DNA of 64,000 nucleotides from Rubrivivax sp. (GTDB lineage: Bacteria; Pseudomonadota; Gammaproteobacteria; Burkholderiales; Burkholderiaceae_C). Positions 27,872 to 38,202 of this stretch are shown here, in pieces. A program made the translations under genes and the position numbers. The stretch's first letter is position 1. Every line of letters starts with the position of its first letter. The notes under the pieces are model-generated. The model did no database searches, was not told the origin of the DNA, and saw only the letters and a program-made list of their open reading frames with translations. The DNA is taken from positions 977 through 64,976 of the forward strand of contig DYOR01000002.1 in assembly GCA_020720385.1 (NCBI GenBank), given 5' to 3'.

Positions 27872-28818
27872 TTCGCGAGCAGGTCGAGCAGGCGCCGCCG
27901 GTGCGCCTCGCCCTGTGCGGGGGGCACTTCATGCCCGGGCAGGCGCAGCCCGCAGGCCACACCCTCGCGCTCGGCGCGCAGCACCCAGGCACTGAGGCGC
28001 GACAGGCGCGCCTCGAGGTCCTCGCCGCGCGCTTGCGACCAGTCCAGCCAGAGCTCGCGCGTGGCGCCACCGGCGGTCTCGCGGCTGACGAGCTCGCCGC
28101 TGCGCGCGACCTTCTTCCACACCACCTGGCGCATCGTGTCGCCGCGGCGCCAGGGGCGCACGCCGTCGAGCTCGCTGCCCGTGCCTTGCCGCGTGGCCGC
28201 CTCGTCGGCCGGCGCGGCACCCGCGGCGGGCAGGGCCGGCGGCGGCTGCTCGGGCCGCGGCCAGGCGAGCACGCGGCCGGCGGGGCGCCACACCGTCCAG
28301 GCGCGGAACAGGCCGAAGGGGAAGACCGTCTCCAGCACCAGCGTGGGCACCGCGTGCCAGCCGCGCCGTGGCGGCAGCGTGCTCACGTGCACGCTGGCGT
28401 GCGACTGCGCGGCGACATCGCACCAGGCGACGCTGCGCGCGGGGTCGGCGGCGCCCCCGGGCCGCCCTGCGGCGGGGGCCTCGGTGTCCAGCCGGCGCAG
28501 GGCCAGCCCGTGGCGCTCGCGGCCGGGGTTGGTGAGCACCACTTCGAGCACGGCGGGTTCGCCGGCGAACACGGCCGCGGCCGGCCGCAGGTGCAGCGTC
28601 AGGCCGCGCAGGTTGCCGTGGGTGACGTGCATCGACACCAGCCCCGCACCGGCGAGCAGGAAGGTCAGCGCGTAGCCCAGGTTGAGCTGGTAGTTGATGG
28701 CCGCCAGCAGCATCACCAGCAGGGTCAGCGCGAAGGCCAGTCCGGCGCGCGTGGGCACGATGTAGATGTTGCGCTGGCCGAGCAGCCAGGTGTCGGTGAG
28801 GGGTGAGCGCGCCTGCAC
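27865..28818 (-). CDS. DUF58 domain-containing protein
   Basis: WLLGQRNIYIVPTRAGLAFALTLLVMLLAAINYQLNLGY ... GVRPWRRGDTMRQVVWK is typical of DUF58 proteins that follow MoxR. There is no ATG in frame. GTG at 28818 is the first usable start downstream of the repeat at 28867..29021, so the start is uncertain. Confidence 0.7.
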   Translation of the reverse strand: MQARSPLTDTWLLGQRNIYIVPTRAGLAFALTLLVMLLAAINYQLNLGYALTFLLAGAGLVSMHVTHGNLRGLTLHLRPAAAVFAGEPAVLEVVLTNPGRERHGLALRRLDTEAPAAGRPGGAADPARSVAWCDVAAQSHASVHVSTLPPRRGWHAVPTLVLETVFPFGLFRAWTVWRPAGRVLAWPRPEQPPPALPAAGAAPADEAATRQGTGSELDGVRPWRRGDTMRQVVWKKVARSGELVSRETAGGATRELWLDWSQARGEDLEARLSRLSAWVLRAEREGVACGLRLPGHEVPPAQGEAHRRRLLDLLAKW

Positions 28819-28866
28819 CCAGCGCCGGAACCACGCCCTTGGCGAGACCGCAGCGAGCGCACCAAG

Positions 28867-29021
28867 CTGCCGCCGCGGAACCGGCTTTGCCGGGCCGCCG
28901 GGGGCGCCGGCAGCCGGGACGGCGCCGGCGCTCGCCGGCGAGGAACGGTCCGCAGGGACCGTTCCTTGTCCGGCTCGCCCCCCCTGGGGGGGAGCGCCGA
29001 AGGCGCTTCGGGGGGGAGTCA
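28867..29021 (-). repeat. Intergenic palindromic repeat, family B, copy 3 (reverse orientation, with about 70-nt internal insertion)
   Basis: The reverse complement reads TGACTCCCCCCCGAAGCGCCTTCGGCGCTCCCCCCCAGGGGGGG...[insert with AGGAACGGTCC-CTGC-GGACCGTTCCT hairpin]...GGCCCGGCAAAGCCGGTTCCGCGGCGGCAGC. This matches the copies at 41927 and 56346. Its leading TGA is the moxR stop codon. Confidence 0.75.
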
Positions 29022-29957
29022 AGGTATGGGCGTGGCCTCGACCATCGCCTGCACCTGCTCGATCGGCCCGCGCCCGGCACCGGGCACGGGCTGCAGGCGG
29101 TGGGCGATGGCCTGCGGCAGGATCGCCTGCACGTCGTCGGGGGCGACGTAGTCGCGCCCGGCCATGAGGGCGCGGGCGCGGGCCACGCGCAGCACCGCCA
29201 TGCCCGCGCGCGGCGACAGGCCTGCGCTGAACCAGGTGCCCGAGCGCGAGGCGGCGATGAGGGCCTGCAGGTAGTCGAGCAAGGGCTCCGCGGCCCGCAC
29301 CTGCAGCACCGCCTGCTGCGCGGCGAGCAGGTCGGCCGCGCACAACACGGGGTCGAGTTGCAGCGCGGCCTGGCGGCGGTCGCCGCCGGTGAGCAGGGCG
29401 CGTTCGGCGGCGCGGTCCGGGTAGCCCAGCGTGATGCGCAGCAAGAAGCGGTCGAGCTGGCTCTCGGGCAGGGGGTAGGTGCCGAGCTGGTCGCTGGGGT
29501 TTTGCGTGGCAATGACGAAGAAGGGCCGCGGCAGCGCGCGCGTCTCGTTCTCCACCGAGACCTGCTGCTCCTCCATGGCCTCGAGCAGGGCACTCTGCGT
29601 CTTCGGGCCGGCGCGGTTGATCTCGTCGGCGAGCAGCACCTGCGCGAACACCGGGCCCGGGTGGAAGACGAAGGCGTCCTTGCCGCGCTCGAACACGCTC
29701 ACGCCGATGAGGTCGCTGGGCATGAGGTCGGCGGTGAACTGCACGCGCCTGAAGTCCAGGCCCAGGCACACCGCCAGGGCGTGCGCCAGCGTGGTCTTGC
29801 CCACCCCCGGCACGTCCTCGATGAGCAGGTGGCCGCCGGCCAGCAGGCAGGCCACCGCGTCCTCGATCTGCGGGCGTTTGCCAACCACGATCGTGCTAAT
29901 CTGATCCACCAGCCGTGAGAGCTGGCGCGCAAGGCTTGCATCCATGCGCGGCACCAT
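29019..29957 (-). CDS. MoxR family AAA+ ATPase
   Basis: 312-aa ORF with Walker A GVPGVGKT, Walker [17 protein letters not shown] and ESQLDRF. An alternative ATG lies at 29945. Confidence 0.9.
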   Translation of the reverse strand: MVPRMDASLARQLSRLVDQISTIVVGKRPQIEDAVACLLAGGHLLIEDVPGVGKTTLAHALAVCLGLDFRRVQFTADLMPSDLIGVSVFERGKDAFVFHPGPVFAQVLLADEINRAGPKTQSALLEAMEEQQVSVENETRALPRPFFVIATQNPSDQLGTYPLPESQLDRFLLRITLGYPDRAAERALLTGGDRRQAALQLDPVLCAADLLAAQQAVLQVRAAEPLLDYLQALIAASRSGTWFSAGLSPRAGMAVLRVARARALMAGRDYVAPDDVQAILPQAIAHRLQPVPGAGRGPIEQVQAMVEATPIP

Positions 29958-29985
29958 AACCGATCAGCGGAGACTCGATCCCACG

Positions 29986-30924
29986 ATGAGCACCGTGTTC
30001 TACAGCCACCCGGCGTGTCGATTGCACGACATGGGGCCGGGCCACCCCGAGTGTCCGCAGCGGCTCGACGCCATTTCCGATTACCTGCTGGCCACGGGGC
30101 TGGACGTGGCGCTGGAATTCCACGATGCGCCGCAGGCGACCATCGAGCAGATCGAGCGCGCCCACAGCGCCCACTACGTGACGGAGATGCAGGACCTGCT
30201 GCAGCAGGTGTGCGCCAGCGGCGTGACCAAGGCGCTGGACCCCGACACGCTGGCCTGCCCGGCCACGCTGGAGGCGGCACTGCGTTCCGCCGGCGCGGCG
30301 GTGGCAGCCACCGACGACGTGCTCGGCGGGCGCGCGCGCACCGCCTTCTGCGCCGTGCGCCCGCCCGGCCACCATGCCACGCGCGACGTGGCCATGGGCT
30401 TTTGCTTCTTCAACAACGTGGCCATCGCCGCGCGCCACGCGCTCGACGTGCACGGGCTGGCGCGCGTGGCCATCGTCGACTTCGACGTGCACCACGGCAA
30501 CGGCACCGAGGACATCATCGCCGGTGACGAGCGCGTGCTCATGTGCAGCTTCTTCCAGCACCCGCTGTACCCCTACTGCGGCGCCGTGCCCAAGGGCACG
30601 AACATGGTCAACGTGCCGGTGCCGCCATACACGCGCGGCCCGGCGGTGCGCGAGATGATCGAGGCGATGTGGATGCCGGCGCTGGAGCGCTTCCAGCCGC
30701 AGATGATCTTCGTCTCCGCCGGCTTCGACGCGCACCGCGAGGACGATCTCGGCCAGATGGGTCTGGTGGAGGCCGACTACGAGTGGATCACGCGCCAGGT
30801 GGTGGCGGTGGCGCGCCGCCACGCCCAGGGTCGCATCGTCTCCTGCCTGGAGGGAGGCTACCACCTGGAGGCACTCGCGCGCAGCGTGGCGGTGCACCTG
30901 CGCGTCCTCGCCGACATGGCCTGA
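29986..30924 (+). CDS. Histone deacetylase family protein (acetylpolyamine/acetoin-type amidohydrolase)
   Basis: The ATG at 29986 gives 312 aa. [18 protein letters not shown] and SAGFDAH are class II HDAC-like zinc and active-site motifs. Confidence 0.85.
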   Translation: MSTVFYSHPACRLHDMGPGHPECPQRLDAISDYLLATGLDVALEFHDAPQATIEQIERAHSAHYVTEMQDLLQQVCASGVTKALDPDTLACPATLEAALRSAGAAVAATDDVLGGRARTAFCAVRPPGHHATRDVAMGFCFFNNVAIAARHALDVHGLARVAIVDFDVHHGNGTEDIIAGDERVLMCSFFQHPLYPYCGAVPKGTNMVNVPVPPYTRGPAVREMIEAMWMPALERFQPQMIFVSAGFDAHREDDLGQMGLVEADYEWITRQVVAVARRHAQGRIVSCLEGGYHLEALARSVAVHLRVLADMA

Positions 30925-30933
30925 GGGGCCGCC

Positions 30934-32202
30934 ATGAGCACCCTGGCGCCGCCCATGACGACCGACGAGCTGAGCCTGCTCGCGCACGACCTGCTCGCGC
31001 CGACGGTGCTCATCGAGCTGGCCGTGCTCGCCGGCTGCCTGGCGGCCGCGTGGATCGTGGTGCGCCTGCTGTGCGGCGCCGTACCCAGGCCGGGCTCGGT
31101 GTGGTTCGGCCGGCGCGTCGTCGACGGCGTGCTCTTTCCGGTGCTGGCGCTGCTGCTCGCGCTGCTGGCGCGCTGGGCGCTGCGCGACCACGTGCCCATC
31201 GCCGTGTTCCGCCTGGTGGTGCCTGTCCTCGTCTCGCTGGCGCTGATCCGGCTGGCGGTGCGCGTGCTGCGCAGCGCCTTCCCGGAGTCACCGCTGATGC
31301 GCCTGCTCGAGCGCAGCCTGTCGTGGCTGGCGTGGCTGGCCGTGGCGATGTGGATCACCGGCCTGTTGCCGCTGATCCTGCAGGAGCTCGACGACATCGG
31401 CTGGAAGTTCGGTGGCTCGCGCGTCTCGGTGCGCAACCTCATCGAGGGCGCCTTCACCGCCATCGTCGTGCTCGTGCTCGCGCTGTGGGTCTCCGCCGCG
31501 CTCGAGGCCAGGCTGCTCGAAGGCGCGCGCGACAACCTCTCGATCCGCAAGATGGCGGCCAACGCGCTGCGCGCGCTGCTGCTCTTCCTCGGGCTGATCC
31601 TCGCCTTCGAGGCCGCGGGCATCGACCTCACCGCGCTGGGCGTGCTCGGCGGCGCGCTGGGCGTGGGCATCGGCTTCGGGCTGCAGAAGCTGGCGGCCAA
31701 CTACGTCAGCGGCTTCGTCATCCTCGCCGAGCACAGCATGCGCATCGGCGACACGGTGAAGGTCGACGGCTTCGAGGGCCGCATCACCGACATCAGCACG
31801 CGCTACACGGTGATCCGCGCGCTCAACGGACGCGAGTCCATCGTCCCCAACGAGATGATGATCACCCAGCGCGTGGAGAACTCCTCGCTCGCCGACCCCA
31901 AGGTGCTGATGACGACCACGGTGCAGGTGGCTTACGGCACCGACCTCGACGCCCTGATGCCGAAGCTGGCCGCCGCGGCGGCGGCGGTGCCACGGGTGGT
32001 GGCGGACTTGCCGCCCTCGGTGCTGCTCTCGGCCTTCGCCGCAGACGGGCTGGAGCTGACCCTGGCCTTCTGGATCGCCGACCCCGAGAACGGCCAGGGC
32101 AACGTGCGCTCGGCGGTCAACCTGGCCGTCCTGCGCACCCTCGGCGAAGCCGGCGTGGAGATCCCCTACCCGCAGCGCGTGGTACGCCAGGCGCCGCCCT
32201 GA
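30934..32202 (+). CDS. Mechanosensitive ion channel (MscS) family protein
   Basis: 422-aa ORF with N-terminal TM helices. The conserved MscS core is GFGLQKLAANYVSGFVILAEHSMRIGDTVKVDGFEGRITDISTRYTVIR. Confidence 0.85.
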   Translation: MSTLAPPMTTDELSLLAHDLLAPTVLIELAVLAGCLAAAWIVVRLLCGAVPRPGSVWFGRRVVDGVLFPVLALLLALLARWALRDHVPIAVFRLVVPVLVSLALIRLAVRVLRSAFPESPLMRLLERSLSWLAWLAVAMWITGLLPLILQELDDIGWKFGGSRVSVRNLIEGAFTAIVVLVLALWVSAALEARLLEGARDNLSIRKMAANALRALLLFLGLILAFEAAGIDLTALGVLGGALGVGIGFGLQKLAANYVSGFVILAEHSMRIGDTVKVDGFEGRITDISTRYTVIRALNGRESIVPNEMMITQRVENSSLADPKVLMTTTVQVAYGTDLDALMPKLAAAAAAVPRVVADLPPSVLLSAFAADGLELTLAFWIADPENGQGNVRSAVNLAVLRTLGEAGVEIPYPQRVVRQAPP

Positions 32203-32247
32203 ACGGCCGCCGCGCCCCCGGCGACCCCGGGGCGCGCCGGCAGGGGC

Positions 32248-32880
32248 CTAAGGCGCCAGGCGCTCGCGCACCCAGGCGCCGTCCTGCAGCCGGTATCGCA
32301 GGCGGTCGTGCAGGCGGCTCTTGCGACCCTGCCAGAACTCCCAGCGCTCGGGACGCAGGCGGTAGCCGCCCCAGTGCGGTGGGCGCGGCGGTTGCAGCGC
32401 GTGGCGTGCGGCGGCCATGGCCGCGTTGGCCACGAGCACGGCGCGCGAGGCAATGACCTCGCTTTGCGGCGAGGCCCAGGCCCCCAGGCGCGAATCCAGC
32501 GGGCGCGTGGCGAAGTAGGCGTCCGATTCCTGCGCCGTGGTCTTCTCCACCGCCCCTTCGATGCGCACCACGCGCTCGAGCTCCACCCAATGGAACTGCA
32601 GCGCGGCGTAGGGCAGGTGGGCCAGGTCGCGCCCTTTGCGGCTGTGGTAGTTGGTGTACCAGACCACGCCCTGCTCATCCACGCTCTTGATGAGCACCAC
32701 GCGCGTGGACGGCCGGCCGTCGGCGCCCACCGTGGCCAGCGTCATCGCATTTGCCTCGGGGATCTGCGCCGAGAGGGCCTGATCGAACCAGTGCTGGAAC
32801 TGCCGCAGCGGGTCGGCCGCCGAGGCGGTCTCGTCGAGCTGGTCGCGCTCGTAACTCTTGCGCAGGCTGGCGATGTCCAT
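32248..32880 (-). CDS. pdxH: Pyridoxamine 5'-phosphate oxidase
   Basis: The ATG at 32880 gives 210 aa. [11 protein letters not shown]..., [36 protein letters not shown] and EFWQGR...RLHDR match PdxH end to end. Confidence 0.9.
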   Translation of the reverse strand: MDIASLRKSYERDQLDETASAADPLRQFQHWFDQALSAQIPEANAMTLATVGADGRPSTRVVLIKSVDEQGVVWYTNYHSRKGRDLAHLPYAALQFHWVELERVVRIEGAVEKTTAQESDAYFATRPLDSRLGAWASPQSEVIASRAVLVANAAMAAARHALQPPRPPHWGGYRLRPERWEFWQGRKSRLHDRLRYRLQDGAWVRERLAP

Positions 32881-33065
32881 GCGGCCAGTATAGAAAGCCC
32901 CGCGCCAGGGGCTGCGCGGGGGCTCGATGAAGACACGCCGCGCACCGGGGCACCCCCTAAGTGGAACGCCGTAAGTGAACGCCCCACTGTCTGCGGCGCC
33001 GCAGCGCCTCCATTCTTGCTGCCAAGGAGGACGCCGCGGCGAGAGTCCCGCAGCGTCGAAGAAGA

Positions 33066-33674
33066 ATGCATCCACGCCCTGCCATCGTCGTCCCCGCCGC
33101 GGGACCGGGCAAGCGCTTCGGCGGCCCGGCGAACAAGCTCGAGCAGGCCTTCGAGGGGGACACGCTCCTCGGTGCGACCCTGCGCCACGCCATCGAGACC
33201 CAGCTGCCGCTGGTGCTGGTGACGACCGCGCCGCTGGCCGCGCTGGCCGCTCGCTACCTGGCGGCGCGCGACATCGTCGTGCTCAGCGCGGGCGAAGCGG
33301 CGCGCGGCATGGGCGCGGCCATCGCTGCGGGCGTGAACGAGCGCTCGGATGCCGCCGGCTGGCTCGTGCTGCCCGCGGACATGCCCTTGGTGCGAGCGCA
33401 CAGCATCCTGGCCGTGGCCGAGGCGCTGGGCCATCACGCCGTGGCCTATGCGCAGCATCGCGGCCAGCGCGGCTACCCGGTGGGTTTCGCCGCCGAGCTT
33501 TTCTCCGAGATCATCCAGCTCTCGGGCGACGACGCCGCGCGCCGCCTCATGTGGCGCTATGCGGCGCAAGGCGTGGACCTCGACGACCGCGGCGTGCTGC
33601 TCGACGTGGACACGCCGGCGGACTTGCAGGCCTTGCACCCGGCGGTCGGCTCGGCGCCCGTATCGGACCTCTAG
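33066..33674 (+). CDS. MobA/MocA-like NTP transferase family protein
   Basis: 202-aa ORF. The N-terminal [18 protein letters not shown] and later LPADMPLV match the molybdenum-cofactor cytidylyl/guanylyltransferase-like fold. Confidence 0.7.
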   Translation: MHPRPAIVVPAAGPGKRFGGPANKLEQAFEGDTLLGATLRHAIETQLPLVLVTTAPLAALAARYLAARDIVVLSAGEAARGMGAAIAAGVNERSDAAGWLVLPADMPLVRAHSILAVAEALGHHAVAYAQHRGQRGYPVGFAAELFSEIIQLSGDDAARRLMWRYAAQGVDLDDRGVLLDVDTPADLQALHPAVGSAPVSDL

Positions 33675-33820
33675 TACGGCGCCACCGAGATTTCGAAACA
33701 TGAAAGCGCGAGGTCTTGGAGGCCTGCGGCCACCGAGCCGGGGGGAGCGGATCAGCAGTCACAATGGAAATGTCCCAGCGCTTTGTGTCTTTGTCTTTTT
33801 GACAATTACGTCGGTCATTG

Positions 33821-36466
33821 ATGTCAAAAGAGAGTTCCCCGCTGCCCGCCGGCGAAGTGACATTTGCCGGCCATACACCGGTGATGGCCCAGTACCTGCG
33901 CATCAAGGCCGAGTTCCCGCACACGCTCGTGTTCTATCGCATGGGCGATTTCTACGAGCTCTTCTACGACGACGCGCGCAAGGCCAACCGGCTGCTCGAC
34001 ATCACGCTGACGACACGGGGCAGCAGCGCCGGCGAGCCGGTGGTGATGGCCGGCGTGCCGGTGCATGCGCTGGAGTCCTACCTGGCGCGGCTGATCCGGC
34101 TGGGCGAGGCGGTGGCGGTGGCCGAGCAGGTGGGCGAGGTCGCCAGCGCCGGATCGGCGCAAAAGGGGCCGCTGGAGCGCAAGGTGGTGCGCGTGGTCAC
34201 GCCGGGCACGGTGACCGACAGCGAGCTCATGGCCGAGCGTGCGGACACGCTGCTGCTGGCGCTGCACCGCCCGCGGGGGCGCACCTCCGGCTCGACACCT
34301 GCGCTCGGCACCTGGGGCCTGGCCTGGCTGGGCCTGAGCAGCGGGCAGCTCGGCATCACCGAATGCAGCGAGCGTGAACTGACGGCCTGGCTGGCGCGGC
34401 TGGATGCGGCGGAGATCCTGCACGATGGCAGCGAGCTGCCCGCCGCGCTGGCGCAGGCGCGCGGCGCGCGCACCGCGCGGCCCGCCTGGCAGTTCGACAG
34501 CGCCTTGGGCGAACGCAAGCTGCGCGAACAGCTGCAGGTGGCCTCGCTCGCGGGCTTCAACGCCCAGGGCCTGGTGGCGGCCCACGCGGCGGCGGCGGCG
34601 CTGCTCGCCTTCGCCGAGCACACCCAGGGGCGCGCGCTGGCGCACGTGCGCACGCTGACGGTGGAGCACGCCAGCGAGCTGCTCGAGCTGCCACTGGCCA
34701 CGCAGCGCAACCTCGAGCTCGTGCAGACGCTGCGCGGCGAGGACGCCCCCACGCTGCTGAGCCTGCTCGACACCTGCCGCACCGGCATGGGCAGCCGCCT
34801 GCTGCGCCACTGGCTCACGCACCCCTTGCGCGAGCGCGGCCCGGCCGGCGCGCGCCATGAGGCCATCGCGCGGTGGTCGACGCCGGGCCCGCAGGCGCTG
34901 CGCGAGGCCTTGCGCGGCGTCAGCGACGTCGAGCGCATCACCGCCCGCGTCGCCCTGCGCCAGGTGCGCCCGCGCGAACTTGCCGGGTTGCGCCAGACGC
35001 TCGCCGGCCTGCCCGCGCTGCGGGAGCGGGCGCCGCGCGGCACGCTCCTGCTCGACGAGCTGCACGCGGCGCTGTCTCCTGCGCCCGCGCTGGCGCAGGC
35101 CCTGCGCGCCGTCGCCGAGGAACCGGCCGTGCTGCTGCGCGACGGCGGCGTCATCGCCAGCGGATTCGACGCCGAGCTCGACGAACTGCGTGGCATCAAC
35201 CAGAACTGCGACGCCTTCCTGCTCGAGCTGGAAGCGCGCGAACGCGAGCGCACCGGCATTGCCAACCTGCGCGTGCAGTTCAACAAGGTGCACGGCTTCT
35301 ACATCGAAGTCACGAGCTCGGGCCTGGACAAGGTGCCGGCCGAGTACCGGCGACGGCAGACGTTGAAGAACGCCGAGCGTTACATCACCCCCGAGCTGAA
35401 GGCCTTCGAGGACAAGGCGCTGTCGGCGCAGGAACGCGCCCTGGCACGCGAGAAGTGGCTCTACGAGCAGCTGCTCGACGCCCTGCAGCCGCACCTGCCG
35501 GCGCTGCAGGCGCTGGCGCGCTCGCTGGCCACGCTGGACGCGCTGGCGGCACTCACCGAGCGCGCGGCCACGCTCGGCTGGTGCCGGCCGCAGTTCGTGC
35601 CTTACCCCTGCATCGAGATCGAGGCCGGGCGCCACCCGGTGGTGGAGGCGCGCCTGCGCGAGACCGGCGGCGGGGAATTCATCGCCAACCACTGCCGTCT
35701 CGACGCGAAGACGCGCATGCTCGTCGTCACCGGGCCGAACATGGGCGGCAAGAGCACCTTCATGCGCCAGGTGGCGCTCGTCGTGCTGCTCGCGGCGATG
35801 GGTTCGTACGTGCCGGCGAGCGCTTGCCGGCTCGGGCCCATCGACGCCATCCACACGCGCATCGGCGCCGCCGACGACCTGGCCAACGCACAGAGCACCT
35901 TCATGCTCGAGATGACCGAAGCGGCGGCCATCGTCCACGGCGCCACCGAGTTGAGCCTGGTGCTCATGGACGAGATCGGGCGCGGCACGAGCACCTTCGA
36001 CGGCCTGGCGCTGGCCGGGGCCATCGCCACGCAGCTGCACGACCGCAACAAGAGCTTCACGCTCTTTGCCACGCATTACTTCGAGCTCACCGAGTTCCCG
36101 GCGCAGCACCCGCGTGCCGTGAACATGCACGTGGGCGCGGTGGAAAGCGGCCACGACATCGTCTTCCTGCACCAGCTCGAGAGCGGGCCGGCCAGCCGCA
36201 GCTACGGCGTGCAGGTGGCGCGGCTGGCGGGCATGCCGCCGGCCGTGATCCGCCAGGCGCATGCCGCGCTCGAGGCGCTGCAGGCGCGGGCCGAGGCCGG
36301 GCAGGCGCAGGTGGACCTCTTCGCCGCGCCGCCGCCGCCCGCGCCGCGCGAGGCATCGCCCGTGGAGCAGGCGCTGGCCGCCGTGCAGCCTGATAGCCTC
36401 ACGCCCCGGGAAGCGCTGGAAGCGCTGTACCGACTCAAGCAACTGCAAAGCGGGTACCAGCCATGA
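33821..36466 (+). CDS. mutS: DNA mismatch repair protein MutS
   Basis: [34 protein letters not shown] (mismatch-binding domain), Walker [17 protein letters not shown] and [12 protein letters not shown] are present. The ATG is at 33821; a TTG lies at 33818. Confidence 0.95.
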   Translation: MSKESSPLPAGEVTFAGHTPVMAQYLRIKAEFPHTLVFYRMGDFYELFYDDARKANRLLDITLTTRGSSAGEPVVMAGVPVHALESYLARLIRLGEAVAVAEQVGEVASAGSAQKGPLERKVVRVVTPGTVTDSELMAERADTLLLALHRPRGRTSGSTPALGTWGLAWLGLSSGQLGITECSERELTAWLARLDAAEILHDGSELPAALAQARGARTARPAWQFDSALGERKLREQLQVASLAGFNAQGLVAAHAAAAALLAFAEHTQGRALAHVRTLTVEHASELLELPLATQRNLELVQTLRGEDAPTLLSLLDTCRTGMGSRLLRHWLTHPLRERGPAGARHEAIARWSTPGPQALREALRGVSDVERITARVALRQVRPRELAGLRQTLAGLPALRERAPRGTLLLDELHAALSPAPALAQALRAVAEEPAVLLRDGGVIASGFDAELDELRGINQNCDAFLLELEARERERTGIANLRVQFNKVHGFYIEVTSSGLDKVPAEYRRRQTLKNAERYITPELKAFEDKALSAQERALAREKWLYEQLLDALQPHLPALQALARSLATLDALAALTERAATLGWCRPQFVPYPCIEIEAGRHPVVEARLRETGGGEFIANHCRLDAKTRMLVVTGPNMGGKSTFMRQVALVVLLAAMGSYVPASACRLGPIDAIHTRIGAADDLANAQSTFMLEMTEAAAIVHGATELSLVLMDEIGRGTSTFDGLALAGAIATQLHDRNKSFTLFATHYFELTEFPAQHPRAVNMHVGAVESGHDIVFLHQLESGPASRSYGVQVARLAGMPPAVIRQAHAALEALQARAEAGQAQVDLFAAPPPPAPREASPVEQALAAVQPDSLTPREALEALYRLKQLQSGYQP

Positions 36467-37287
36467 CCTACTGCGTGGGCATCCGCCTCAACGCCGGCCT
36501 CGTGTTCCTCTCGGACAGCCGCACCAACGCCGGGCTGGACGCGATCAGCACCTACCGCAAGATGATCATCTACGAGCAGCCCGGCGAGCGCTTCATGGCG
36601 ATGCTCTCGGCGGGCAACCTGAGCATCAGCCAGAGCGTGCGCGAGATCCTGCAGGTGGAGAAGCTGGACAACGGCAGCGCGCCGCCGATCACCATCTGGA
36701 ACGCGACGAGCATGTTCGACGCCGCGCGCGTGCTGGGCAGCGCCGTGCGTCGCGTCTACGAGCAGGACGGCCCTTCGCTGAAACAGGCCGGCGTGGACTT
36801 CAACGCCAGCATGATCTTCGGCGGGCAGATCAAGGGCGAGGCGATGCGCCTGTTCCTCGTCTACAGCGCCGGCAACTTCATCGAGGCGACGCGCGAGACC
36901 TGCTTCTTCCAGGTCGGCGAGAGCAAGTACGGCAAGCCCATCCTGGACCGCGTGCTCACCCCGGCCACGCCGCTGGACGAGGCCGCCAAGTGCGCGCTCG
37001 TGTCGATGGACAGCACGCTCAAGAGCAACCTCAGCGTCGGCTTGCCGCTGGACCTGCTGGTCTACCGCGAGGGCAGGTTGAGGTCCGACGAGCATGTCTG
37101 CATCGACGAGAACAATCCGTACTTCAGGATGATCCACAGCAGCTGGGGGCAGCGCCTGCGCGACGTCTTCGAGGGCATCGACGACCCGCGCTGGGACGGC
37201 GGCGATGCCGAGCACCCGCTGATGGTGCTGAGCACGCACTACGAGCCCATGCGCAAGATCACCACGCCCTCCGAACGCATCGTCTAG
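36463..37287 (+). CDS. Anbu-type proteasome beta-subunit homologue (proteasome-type protease)
   Basis: 274-aa ORF starting [24 protein letters not shown], with Thr directly after Met as in Ntn hydrolases. Its ATG overlaps the mutS TGA (ATGA at 36463-36466). Confidence 0.85.
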   Translation: MTYCVGIRLNAGLVFLSDSRTNAGLDAISTYRKMIIYEQPGERFMAMLSAGNLSISQSVREILQVEKLDNGSAPPITIWNATSMFDAARVLGSAVRRVYEQDGPSLKQAGVDFNASMIFGGQIKGEAMRLFLVYSAGNFIEATRETCFFQVGESKYGKPILDRVLTPATPLDEAAKCALVSMDSTLKSNLSVGLPLDLLVYREGRLRSDEHVCIDENNPYFRMIHSSWGQRLRDVFEGIDDPRWDGGDAEHPLMVLSTHYEPMRKITTPSERIV

Positions 37288-37289
37288 AC

Positions 37290-38117
37290 ATGCATTCCCA
37301 GGCCACCGGCACGGCGACGATCGTCTTCAGCCACGCCAACGGCTTCCCCGCGGGCACCTACCGGCAGCTCTTCGAGGCCTGGCGCGCTGCCGGCTACGAG
37401 GTGCTGGCGCCGGAGAAGTTCGGCCACGACCCCGTCTATCCGGTGACGAGCAACTGGCCGCACGTGCGCGACCAGCTCATCCACTTCATCGAGCGCCTCC
37501 GCCCCGGCCAGGCGGTGCACCTGGTGGGCCACTCGCTGGGCGGCTACCTCAGCGTGCTCGCCGCCGCCAAGCGCCCGGCGCTGGCGCGCAGCGTGGTGCT
37601 CATCGACGCGCCCCTGGTGGCGGGATGGCGCGCGCACAGCGTGCACGCGATGAAGCTGGGCGGACTGATGAAGCGCGTGGGGCCGGGCCGCGTCTCGGTG
37701 CGGCGGCGCTGGCAATGGCCCTCGGCCGAGGCCGCCTGGACGCATTTCGCCGGCAAGCAGGCCTTTGCGCGCTGGGAGGCCGGCGTGCTGCGCGACTACA
37801 TCGCCTGCGGCACCGAGCCCGACCCCGCCGCGGCCGCACCGGGTGGCGTGCGCCTGGCCTTCCACCGCGAGATCGAGACCCGCATCTACAACACCCTGCC
37901 GCACCACCTGGGCACGCTGCTGCAGCGCCACCCGCTGCGCTGCCCGGTGGCCTTCATCGGCGGCACGCGCTCGGCGGAGAACCGCCAGGCCGGCCTGGCG
38001 CTCACGCGCGCGCTGGCGCATGGGCGCATGGAGTGGCTCGACGGCACGCACCTCTTCCCCATGGAGCGCCCGCTGCAGACGGCCCAGGCCGTGCTGCGCC
38101 AGCTCCAGCGGCTCTAG
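37290..38117 (+). CDS. Alpha/beta hydrolase
   Basis: The ATG at 37290 lies 2 nt after the Anbu stop, giving 275 aa. It has a nucleophile elbow GHSLGG, a preceding FSHANGF, and a late DGTHLFPME His region. Confidence 0.8.
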   Translation: MHSQATGTATIVFSHANGFPAGTYRQLFEAWRAAGYEVLAPEKFGHDPVYPVTSNWPHVRDQLIHFIERLRPGQAVHLVGHSLGGYLSVLAAAKRPALARSVVLIDAPLVAGWRAHSVHAMKLGGLMKRVGPGRVSVRRRWQWPSAEAAWTHFAGKQAFARWEAGVLRDYIACGTEPDPAAAAPGGVRLAFHREIETRIYNTLPHHLGTLLQRHPLRCPVAFIGGTRSAENRQAGLALTRALAHGRMEWLDGTHLFPMERPLQTAQAVLRQLQRL

Positions 38118-38202
38118 CCGGCGCGGCTCGGCCCCGACCACGGAGGATGCGCTCTTTCGCCAGGCGCAAGAGCCGCGCGCAGGCGCGTCCTTGCGTCCGC
38201 TC

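Noticed and set aside
29958-29985. Very short (28-40 bp) divergent gap between moxR and the deacetylase gene as a shared regulatory site
   Set aside because: The gap is too short to judge, no palindrome or operator-like repeat is visible, and the start codon choice for moxR (29957 vs 29945) is itself uncertain.
33675-33820. Relatively AT-rich 146-bp region upstream of mutS as a small RNA or tRNA
   Set aside because: No cloverleaf-compatible stems, terminator or conserved motif is visible. It is most simply the mutS promoter/leader.
33824-36448. 874-aa ORF antisense to mutS
   Set aside because: It is a shadow ORF; the opposite strand encodes textbook MutS motifs along its full length.
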